From Mobula hypostoma (taxonomy: Eukaryota): 64,000 nt of DNA. Below are positions 24,631-34,917 of this stretch, piece after piece. The stretch spans positions 146,136,001 through 146,200,000 of the forward strand of contig NC_086097.1 of NCBI RefSeq assembly GCF_963921235.1, written 5' to 3'. Each line of letters opens with the position of its first letter. Position 1 is the stretch's first letter. The position numbers and the translations under genes were made by a program. The notes below the pieces were generated by a model. That model worked only from the letters and a program-made list of their open reading frames with translations, was not told where the DNA came from and searched no databases.

Positions 24631-25554
24631 AAGAAAGGAGAAGGAAGGCGTGCAGAGTTGTCAGAACCACTTCCTGCAGTCTCTGAGTCAACTCCAACAA
24701 CCACCATGGAAGAAGCCCCAGAACCTGAGATTGTTTTCACAGCCACAAGTCTCACCTGTCAAGCAGAGTGATCCCCCTTGTCAGGAAAAACATTATCTCA
24801 CAAGAGTAAGAAAGTCTCCATTGCAATTAAACCTTTAAACCTCAATGGGACAATTTAAAGTTAACTATGACATGAATGTCTATGTAGTAGTTGTATTATA
24901 TAGTATGCTGTATGCATTACATATGTCACGATACTACTTTCGTGTCTTGCTAAAAGTAAAACTAAGAACGTACACGAACTATTCTGGCTCCAGGTGTTTT
25001 TCTTGCAATTAGTTTTATGTTTTGGAGTTACAAAACCTAACAGGTAGGTGAAAAGGAATTGCCCAAGTTTCAGGCTGAAACTCTGCATCAGGACTGCATC
25101 TTATGCTGCTCCAGATTCCAACACCTGCAAACTTCTGTGCCTTTGACTTGAAATGCTGACTGTTTCTTTCCTCGCTGCTGTTGCCTGACTGCTGAATATT
25201 CCTAGCATTTTCTGTTTTTATTTCAGATACACAGCAACTTCAGATTTTTGCTTGTCAACTACAAAATAGTATTTGTAAACTTAGCAATATATTTTGTATT
25301 ATTTCTTACAAATTATAACTGCCTTAAGCTGCTTTCTGTTTGCTTATTTTATTAAGTTAAGAAGCAATCTAAAATGGTTCAAAATGGCATACAGTATATA
25401 CACACAGTGGCCACATTATTAGGTAGTTTCTGTATCTTAAAAAAATGGCCACTGAGTGTATGTTCGAGGTCTTCTGCTGCTGTAGCAGATCCACTTCAAG
25501 TTTTAGCCTGTTTCACATTCAATGATGCTCTTCTACACACCTCTGCTTACCTTA

Positions 25555-26310
25555 CAGTAAGACGGCAGCATGCTCAGATGCAGTGGCTTCAATGGGGAGA
25601 ACCAAAGGTGTTACTGTGTTTTATAAATGTACTTCTTATGATCTTGGGTCCCTGCTGGACATTAAGAACTTAAAGTGATTCAGGTCTACCTCATCAACGA
25701 ATTTCTTGTAGGCAGAGAAACTGGAGGAGCTGGACTTGGTGTGGACCATGCTGCTGCCTGAAACAGAGGAGTGGGTGTGCAAAGGAGGTGTGCAAGACTA
25801 ACAGCGAGTGATCATCTTAATCACTTTTGTTGTGATCGTACAATTGGTGGTGTGGAATTTTGCAGGTCCAATTCATTGGATATTGATGACCGTCAGGGGC
25901 GGACAACAGGGGAGCTGGGTGGCCTCGGTGGTAGGGAGAACTAGGCCCTCAAACTGTGGTGTTGTCTATTTGCAGCTGCCCCGGGTGAGGCACTGGAGTC
26001 AGGTGCTCCACCAGAGTGCTTTAGGTGGTGGGGCATGGCGTACAGTACTGGGGGTCAGTGCAGACCGCCAGTGTTTACGCAGCCAAAGACAAGCTGGATT
26101 GTGTTCGACTGCAGACTGCTGCAACATTCGTGGACTCAAGGACTTGGACAACATTTTTTGTGTGTGACTGTATTTCACTGTTATCTTGTACAGTATGTAC
26201 AATATCAGATATTTTATATCTGCTATATGTGCCTTGAGCTGTGTATGACTGTTGGTACTACGTTTCGCACCTTGGCTCCTGAGTAACGCTGTTTCATTTG
26301 GTTGTATTAA
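25555..26310 (+). mobile_element. Non-autonomous retroposon (same family as 8024-8712)
   Basis: In-window similarity to the reverse complement of 8040-8712. Confidence 0.65.
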
Positions 26311-28850
26311 GACTATAAGACTTTAAGACCGAGACTGAATGTCATAATTCTGCTCCTATCAAGTCTGCTACACCATTTCCCTCTCGACCCCATTCTCCTC
26401 CCTTCTCCCCATAACCTCTCATATCCTGACTAATCAAGAACCTATCAACTTCCGCCTTAAATACTTCCAGTGACCTGGCCTTCACAGCCACCCATGGCAA
26501 TGAATTCCATTGATACAACACACTCTGGATAAAGAAATTATTTCTCATCTCTGTCCTAAAGCACTGCCCCTCTAATCTGAGGCTGTGCCCTCTGGTCCTA
26601 GAGTCCCCCACCAAAGAAACATCCTTTCCACATCCACTCTATACAGGCCTTTCAACATTCGATAGGTTTCAATGGGGATCCCTCCCACATTCTTCTAAAT
26701 TCCAGTGAGTGAAGGCCCAGAGCCATCAATTGCTTCTCCAATGAAAAATCTTTCATTCCTGGGATCATTCAAGTGAACCTACTCTGAACCTCCGCTAATG
26801 TCAGCACATCCTTCCTTAAATAAGGGGCCCAAAGCTGCTCACAATACCCCTATTGAGGCCTCACCAGTGCCTTATAAAGCCTGAGCTTTACATCCTTGTG
26901 TTTATACCCTAGTCTTCTTGAAATGAATACTAACATTGCATTTGCCTTGCTCACCACTGACTTAACCTGCAAATTAATCTTTTGGGAACCCTGCGTGAGG
27001 ACTCCAAAGTCCCTTTGCACCTCAGATTTTTGAATTTTCTCCCCATTTAGAAAATATTCTATCCTTTTATTCCTTCTACCAAACTGAGTTAGGTTTTTAT
27101 AAATAAACAAAGAAATTTATTAACCTCTACTCAAAAACAGAAAAATAAACAAACGACTAACTTAACTGGAAGTTAACAGATAGGCGGCTATATCGAACAA
27201 ACAGTCAAACTTACAAACTTTTCTCATCCAAGCACAGACTTAAAGTGATAAATTCAAAAGTCCAAGTGATTTATACAGTCAATAAGGAGATACTTCCCCA
27301 AAACAACAATTCCATCGAAGTAATGACGAATCTGCCAATCACAGCCGAGAGATGCCTTGTCCAAAGAAATCACGAAGAAATAAAGTGGCCTAAAGGAACT
27401 GACCTTTTGGCTGGATGGTGGTCACTGCATAAACCTTCCCAACCTTGCAGGGGTTTAACTCAAATATGCATGCCACAATTCCAGAATGAAAATTCAAAAA
27501 AGTCGATCATTCCCAAGACGCCAAATGACGTTAACTTTACCCAATCCTTTGGGTTCGGATAATGCTGGTAATGTCTTCACTCTCTGATACTGGATTGTAA
27601 GGGGAAAATAAACGTGCAACAAACAAAACCGGTGGCATCTCCAAAGCATCTGACCAGCAACAAAAACATTGCACTAAAAATAAAAATGAGAACTGTGTCA
27701 CAGTGGCGGTCTTTTCTTTTAGACCATGCCATCACGTGACATCACATCACTCTGCTATCATGAGACCATTACATCAGGACCATCATGAGATAATGACATA
27801 ATGCTCACAAGATAATTACATCACGCTCACAAAATAATTACATCATGCTCACGGGATGTAATACAGTCCCAACACCAACCCCAGTGGAACACCACCAGTC
27901 GTCAGTGACCAAACAGAAGAGGCTCCCTTTATTTCCACTCTCTGCCTCCTGACAATCAGCCAATGCTCTATCCATGCTAGACTATATAATACCATGGTCT
28001 CTCATCTGTTAAGTAACCTCATATCTGGAATCTTGTCAAAGGCCTACTGAAAATCCAAGTACACGATCTCCATCAATTCTCCTTTGTCCATCCAACTTGT
28101 TATTTCTTCAAAGAGTTGTCAGGCAAGATATTCTCTTAAAGAAACCATGCTGACTTTAGCCAATTTTATCATGTGGCTCTAAGTACCCCAAAACCACATC
28201 CTTAACAATCGACTGCAAGACCTTCCCAATCTCTGAGGTCAGACTAACTGGCCTATAATTTCCTTTTCTCTGCTCCCTCCCCCCAACCCCTTGAAAAATG
28301 GAATGCTATTTGCAATTTCGGGTCGTCTGAAACAATTACGGAATCAAGTGATTCTTGAAAGATCATTCCTAATGCCTCCACAATCTCTTCAAGCTACCTC
28401 TTTCACAACCCTGGTGTGTAGTCCATCTGCTTGAGATGACTCATCTTCCTTCAGACCTTTCAGATTCTCAAGCACCTTCTTCCTAGTAATAGCAATTGCA
28501 TTCACCTCTGCCTCTTGATACTTTCGAACTTCCAGCCTATTGCTAGTGTCTTCCCCAATGAAGACTGATGCAAAATACTTATTCAGTTTGTCTATTATTT
28601 CCTTATCCTGCATTACTACATCTGGAGTCATATTCCAGTGGTTCAATATCAATTGTCTCTCTTTTACTCTTTATATATCTGGAAAAAAAATTGGTATCCT
28701 TTTTGATATTTTTGGCTAGCTTAACTTCATATTTCATCTTTTCCCACCTTGTGGCTTTTTTTAGATGTCTTCTGTTGGTTTTTCAAAGTTTCATAATCCT
28801 CTAACTTCCCGCTAACTTTTGCTCTATTATATGCTCTCTCTTTTGCTTTA
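26308..28850 (-). mobile_element. Decayed CR1 LINE ORF2 and 3' end, interrupted at 27085-27874
   Basis: Motifs SRTRGHSLRL, LRLYKALVRP and LNKYFASVF...LKGLK, with a (TCTTA..)n tail at 26308. Confidence 0.85.
27085..27874 (-). mobile_element. Possible solo LTR
   Basis: About 790 bp of non-CR1 sequence bounded by TG...CA, with a minus-strand AATAAA near 27116 and a 22-bp tandem repeat at about 27806-27852. No exact TSD. Confidence 0.35.
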
Positions 28851-29921
28851 TGCAATACACACAAAATGGTAGCGGAGCTCAGCAGGCCAGGCAGCATCTA
28901 TGGAAAAGTGTAAACAGTCGATGTTCTAGGCCAAGGCCCTTCATGACTCCAGAACTTCTGCACACTATGAATCATCCTGTCTGGTACCAACAATCATTCC
29001 ACTGTCCAAATCACTTGGATCATATTTCTTCCTGATTCTGACATTTTGGTCTGAACAACAGCTGAACCTCTGCATGCTTTTAAGTATTGAGTTGCTGCCA
29101 CATGATTAGCTGATTAGATATTTGCATTAACAAGCAGTAGTACAGGTGAGTGGCCACTGAGTGTACATTGCCAGCAAAGAAATATGGATTCTGGTTAATT
29201 GGGCCATCAGTTAACCAGGGCAGCCACTTAAAGTACAAGACTAATTAAGAACATAGCTGGGATTCCCCTCATTTATTTGGGACACTATGCTGCTTAATTG
29301 GGACAGGAATCTGTTTCAGAACAGTTTCGAATTAACTTCAATTACACATTCTTGTGTGGCTGTTAGACACGACATCGTGCATAGAGCAATCAGTTTTTAA
29401 ATAGTGTCAATTGTGTGTGATTGTGCTCAAAACAATGATTTTTGTTACTGATAGTTGGCAAGAAATAAGCATTAAGACAATTCAGAACCGTTTTGCTCAC
29501 TGTGGTTTCAAGCGTTCAGGCTTGGAGATGCCAGAAATTGCAGGAAGTGAAAGTGAAATGCTTCAAAAAGTTAGGACCTATGAAGAATTTGAAGGTATTG
29601 ACAATCATCTTGAATGTTATTATGAAAATGAAGCTTTGGAGGATGCAATCATAGAAAGCATTGTATGAAGGCAGTCCATTATCTGCACTGATTTTGTTCA
29701 TTTACAGTCAATCAAAAGAACACAGCAGCGTACACTAGATAAATTCCTCCATCAGTAACCATTAGGAACCAATACATAGTTCAGAATCAGAATCAGGTTT
29801 ATTATCACCAGCACATGTCATGAAATTTGTTAACGTAGCAGCAGCAGATCAATGCAATACATAATATAGAAGAAGAGAAAAAATAATAAATAAATAAGAA
29901 AATCAATTACAGTATAGGTAT

Positions 29922-30843
29922 TTAAACGCAAACAACAGGAATTCTGCAGATGCTGGAAATTCAAGCAACATACATCAAAGTTGCTGGTGAACGCAGCAGG
30001 CCAAGCAGCATCTGTAGGAAGAGGTGCAGTCGACGTTTCAGGCCGAGACCCTTCGTCAGGACCTTTTTTTTTGGTGAAAATAAAGCGGTGGGGGCCAGGG
30101 AACTTAAAATCATCGAAAAGTTTAAGAGCGTGAGAAGTGTCACGAACATAGGTCGGAAGGGATTGAACAAGGTGTGATAAAACAGTGTCGAGGTATGCAG
30201 AAATGAGTTCGGTGGGGCAGGAGCAAGCTGAGACAATAGGTCGGCCAGGACAGGCAGGTTTGTGGATCTTGGGTAGGAGGTAGAAACGGGAAGTGCGGGG
30301 TGTGGGAACTATAAGGTTGGTAGCAGTGGATGGGAGATCCCCTGAGCGGATAAAGTCGGTGATGGTGTGGGAGACAATGGCCTGGTGCTCCTTAGTGGGG
30401 TCACGATTGAGGGGTAAATAAGAGGAGGTATCCGCGAGTTGTCGCTGTGCCTCGGCAAGGTAGAGGTCAGTACGCCAGACTACAACAGCACCCCCCTTAT
30501 CGGTGGGTTTAATAATAAGGTTAGGATTAGTGCGGAGGGAGTGGAGAGCAGAGCGTTCCGAAGGAGTGAGGTTGGAATGGGGACAAGGTGCGGTGAAGTC
30601 GAGACAGTTGATGTCCCGTTGGCAGTTAGCAATAAAGAGATCCAGAGCAGGCAGAAGACCAGAGCGGGGTGTCCATGAAGAAGAGGAGGGTTGAAGACGG
30701 GAGAAGGGGTCATCGGTGGGGGTGGAAGAGTCCTTGCCGAAGAAGTAGGCTCGGAGACGGAGACGGCGGAAGAAAAGAAAAGGAAAAAAATCTTCCTACA
30801 GATTCTGCTTGGCCTGCTGCGTTCACCAGCAACTTTGATGTAT
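29922..30843 (-). mobile_element. Penelope-like element: RT N-terminal fragment, pLTR and inverted pLTR piece
   Basis: Stop-free frame 30777 to 30073: LFFRRLRLRAYF...IKPTDKGGAVVVW...FYLLPKIHKPACPGRPIVS...FIFT. Perfect 16-bp TSD attacagtataggtat (29906-29921 and 30844-30859). Confidence 0.95.
30028..30063 (-). ncRNA. Minimal type I hammerhead ribozyme motif (core intact)
   Basis: Minus strand reads ggtc CTGACGA agggtctcggcct GAAA c GTC gact. Confidence 0.75.
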
Positions 30844-31099
30844 ATTACAGTATAGGTATGTTGAATTTAAAAATCGTGTAAAAACAAATAATATATATTA
30901 GTACTGTATTAGTATTGGCAGAGTTCTAATTTGTTACTCAGCTAAATGGCAGTTTGTTTTTTATATCTTTTTAACTATTTTCCATGTACTTCGGCTAATT
31001 GGAGTAGCTGCTTAATTGGCCCAAAATGTACTAGTCTCAATATGTCCCAATTAACCAGAATCCACTGTATTTGGTGAAGGTAGATAAGATAATTACTGA

Positions 31100-31145
31100 A
31101 GCAACAGGAATTCTGCAGATGCTGGAAATTCAAGCAACTTTGATG
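31100..31145. mobile_element. 46-bp Penelope pLTR mini-insertion
   Basis: pLTR end sequence flanked by the perfect 15-bp TSD taagataattactga (31085-31099 and 31146-31160). Confidence 0.85.
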
Positions 31146-32111
31146 TAAGATAATTACTGATTTTAAGTTATATGATTGTCGTCCCTAATTAATGAGTTGA
31201 ATCACTGAATCAATCTCCAAAATGTTAAGAAAACACCATGAAATAAAATTTGGGAATTAATTTTGAAAAACCACAGGTATGGCTCAGATATAAAATGGTT
31301 ACTATATGGAACTGTTTTCTAAAGGAAACATAACATTAAAGGGGAAATTTGATAAGCACCTCAGGGAGAAAGAATATGAGGAAATGTTGATGGGCATACA
31401 CAAAAAGTATATAAATTCTTAATCAGATCTATTTACTGAATAAACTGTTCCTATGCTTTTCAATGCATCGCAATACTTCATAAGGCCAATGGGAAAGGAA
31501 AAGGAATTGTGGAATGTAATTCCCACATTACAATCAGAGGACAGTCCACAGTCAGCAGAGTTAAATTCCTTCTCAGTAACTCTTCAGAATTTTATTTCAA
31601 ACATAAAAATGTTATCAAGGAATATCAACATTTTACAGTTTGCCTCTGCTGTTTGCTCAATGGTTACTTAGCAACACTCATAAATTTGTTTAAGTACAAC
31701 AGATATTGCAGTCATAATATTTGGGATATTTGTGGTCTGTGGGAGAAGCTTCCATTATGTCTGGATACTTCCATTTTTTAAATTAAAAGAAAAGTAGTCT
31801 GTTACTGTAAAGGCTCTTTCTAATTCTGTAATTACGTCATTTATTCTATTAAACTTCACCCTAATGAAGCTACAGGTTTGTAGAAACTCTGTGGTTGACA
31901 AATTTCGGCATTGGGAGAGAAACCTGTAATTTTATTCAGCAGCCCAGTTTAAGATTGTACATCATCACTTTATTCAGCTAAATGTCTCAAGGTGAGACAG
32001 GCATCATTATTATTTCATTACTACATTGGAACATTAACCTGAATTTTATGTTTATGTCGCTAGAAGGGAGTAGAACACACAACCGTCCACTTCAGAGAAA
32101 TAGGTGGGTTG

Positions 32112-32282
32112 AAATAAATACAAAGAAATCTTCACATCTTTTTTTCCAATCCAAAAGAAGGATCTCAGCCCAAAATGTTGACTGTTTACTCTTTTCCATG
32201 GATGCTGCTTGGCCTGTTGAACTCCTCCAGCATTTTGTGTGTGGTGCTTGGATTTCCAGCATCTGCGGATTTTCTTGTTTTA
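32112..32282 (+). mobile_element. Degenerate Penelope pLTR
   Basis: Reads gaaggatctcagcccaaaatgttgact...gatgctgcttggcctg...ccagcatctgc. Confidence 0.7.
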
Positions 32283-32414
32283 ATGGGCTCTTTGGTATCT
32301 TTCCGACGCTCAGTGGCAGAAATGTTTTCATTTTGGATGTATGCAGTGGTAAACTATGGCAAATTAACACATGCTAGTGGCCATGGCAGATATATTTTAA
32401 ATTTTTCATAGCTG

Positions 32415-33290
32415 CCAGGAACATTTTCCCCTCCAATCCATTCCTCCCTCCCTTCCCCTCCCCTCTCCTTTCCATAAGGATTGTTCTCTTTGTCACCCTC
32501 TTGTCCACTCATTCCTGCTCACTGAACTCCTCCGGGTACTTAACCCTACAACCATGATGCCCCTACATCTCCTCCGTCACCACTGTTCAGGACCCCAAGC
32601 AGTCCTTCCAGGTGAAGCACTCTTTCAATGCAGAATGAGGGATCACTACATTAAGCATTTTCACTCCATCTGCCATAACAGTCAAGATCTCTTGGTGACC
32701 AGTCATTTTAATTGATCTCCCCAACTCCACACCAATACAGTATGTCTCTCTATGGCTTCCTTTCTTACCAAATTAAGAATAAACACAGATTAGAGGAACA
32801 GCACCTCATATTTCACCTTGGCATTTACCAACCTGACAGACTGAACATCAATTTATCTAACTTCCAGTAACCACTGCCCTCTGTCTCATCACACTGGTCC
32901 TATCACAGCTTCTCTTGCCCCATCTGTCTCTAGTTCCCCTCCCCACCTCCTTAACTGTATTCCATGATTCACTGTCCTATCCTATCAGGTTCTATCTTCT
33001 TCAGTCGTTTGCCACTTCAACCTATCACCTCCCAGCTTGTTACATCCTCCCACTCCCCCCTCCCTCATCCTCCTCACATGGATCCACCTAACATCTGTCA
33101 GCACTTGCTCCACCCCTTCCCTCCATCTCTTTATACTAGCTATCTCCCCTCTTTCTTTCCAGTCCCGATAAGGGTCTTGGCCCGAAATGATAACTGTACA
33201 ATTCTATCTGTAGATGCTGCCTGTCCTGTTGAACTCCTTCAGCTTTTTGCTGCTCCAGATTTCAACATCTGCAGTCTCTCACGTGTCTGC
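32415..33290 (+). mobile_element. Old Penelope-like element, 3' part (GIY-YIG and pLTR)
   Basis: Translates as RLEEQHLIFHLGIYQPDRLNINLSNFQ*. Pyrimidine-rich UTR and a decayed hammerhead at about 33161-33196. Confidence 0.8.
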
Positions 33291-34917
33291 CTTGCAGATT
33301 CTGAACAGTTTGATCAACGTGGCTGTCACTTTGATCTCCACATGGATGGGCTGAAGTAGACTGACACAGAACAGGTTCAACTACAGTCAGGAGGAACTGG
33401 ACTTTGATCAATCTGGAGCAAATGCTTTCTGTAGATCCAGCCCAAAGAGGAGCATGCCTTATTTCTCAAATTTTCAAACCATTATTCAACGTATAAACCT
33501 ACACAAAGTTGCTTCAAAGTAAGTGACATACTACTTGTCATGTAAATGTGATTTAATGTAACTGAGATAGTGTGTTGAATGCTTTCTCTCTGCCTTAATC
33601 TTCGGAGGGCTTTTAGTTCTTGATTGATTATTTTTTACCCATCTCGTTGCATGCAGCCTTTAAAATCACCTCTGAACCTAATTAGTCTTCTGCATTTCCA
33701 CTTTAACACAAACCTTGTTTTAGTAAATTAAGGCAGCTATTTGGATGAGGCAGCTGCCTCAGTAATTCTTGAAAATCAGTGTCCTCTGAAATTATATTAT
33801 TTTCAGATTAAGATGGACTCCTCTAATAGACAGAATTCCAATTACAGGGCCAGGAGATGCAAACAGCTAAAGTACTGCTATAGCTGACCAACGTAAGTAA
33901 AGTCCTGAAGTTAGTGTTAGTGTAGATTCAGAGGGTTTATGCTTTGTCCAGTAACACCTGACTAGATAAAATTCTCGCTTCCAATCCTCAACTCGCCCCA
34001 TTGCACAACCAAATCTGCACCTTCCACATCATAATCAGATGAGTAATGGGCAATCACAAGGGCCGATGTCTGATTTTCAAAGCTCCGAGAGATTAATGGA
34101 CAGTGTCTATGTCGTGATATTCCATCAGTAACTGTCCATGAATCATCTCAGTATCAGGATTTAATGTGGAAGATCATGTGCCTGATCTGAAGTCACAGCC
34201 GTTTCACTCAACGATTACAGCCATGTCAGTAGTTATAATGGTAATTTGCAAATAATCTAGTGCCCTTAACAAAGGAAAATAAAGAAAAATAGTGCCTGTT
34301 TTGTAGGGGCAAATAGTACTGAAAAGCGATTTAACCCAAGCTACAGCATATTAATGATTCTTTTAGGTGAAAATGTGCCTTCCAAGAATTTCCTTGTACA
34401 ATTCACTTTAACATATCTGATCTTTATCAAACATCAGATGCACACCTACTGTTATTTGCAGTTTTTTTTTCCTCCATCAATGTTCGAATATGAAGCTTTT
34501 GGGTACAAACTACAATCTTCATTGAAACCAACATACAGTCAGAAGCAGACTGCACGACTTTGTTTTATTTAAAGACACGGGTCTCAGTGCGAGATTTGAC
34601 TGGCTGTTTCAGAAAATATTTCAGGCTGCTCAAACACCTTCCATTGTTTGAAGAATGAGTTTAAAATAACAGGAAAACTATTTTAACTGCAGAGACATCA
34701 GCAGACACTGCTGACACCACTCCATAAACAACTACTCAGGGTGAAACATGTGCAACACTACTGTCACTTACTTCTGCATAATGAAGTACAGGCCATCCCT
34801 GAGTAGCAAAGAGGTTCTGCCTTTGCATACATCCATAAGTCAATTTTGTCTATTAAGTCCAAAATTATGCAAGAACACTTTGTTAATCTGTCTCCAAAGT
34901 ACAGTATGAAAGGCATC

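Larger units (their letters stand above)
21539..25042 (+). mobile_element. Decayed Gypsy/Ty3 LTR retrotransposon with most of pol replaced
   Basis: 5' LTR TG..CA at 21539-21792, followed by a PBS-like ctggtgacagga. gag starts at ATG 22003 (DNWLMYTEQIEQHFEANE). Zinc knuckles CYHCGRGSYASDQC and CRKCNKVGHMPRAC start at 23012. Protease remnant at about 23330-23640, pol tail at 24650-24838. A partial 3' LTR ends CA at 25042; the two LTRs share 26 identical bp (21741-21766 and 24998-25023). Confidence 0.85.
25401..29163. mobile_element. Tc1/mariner-like non-autonomous DNA transposon split by about 3.4 kb of nested insertions
   Basis: TA|CACACAGTGGCCAC at 25401 and GTGGCCACTGAGTG|TA ending at 29163. 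The element's own sequence is about 25401-25545 and 28965-29163. Confidence 0.65.
29782..30900 (-). mobile_element. Rex1/Babar 3'UTR and tail, interrupted by a Penelope insertion
   Basis: cagaatcagaatcaggtttattatcacc matches 768-930, and the sequence resumes after 30843. Confidence 0.8.
29185..31067 (+). mobile_element. Tigger/pogo-derived DNA transposon with nested insertions at 29782-30900
   Basis: Inverted termini tggattctggttaattggg and cccaattaaccagaatccactg|TA. DSWQEISIKTIQNRFAHCGFK resembles the Tigger transposase C-terminus. Confidence 0.75.

Noticed and set aside
24059..24771. RBM25-like ORFs as exons of the functional gene
   Set aside because: There are no introns, there are many stops and frameshifts, and the sequence is embedded in an LTR element.
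31510..31519. tggaatgtaa, the 5' end of miR-1/miR-206
   Set aside because: Only 10 nt match, and the rest of the mature sequence and the precursor arm are absent.
33807..33892. Plus-strand exon (ttttcAG ... C/GTAAGT)
   Set aside because: Stops occur in all three frames. It could be non-coding, but the sequence alone cannot support that.
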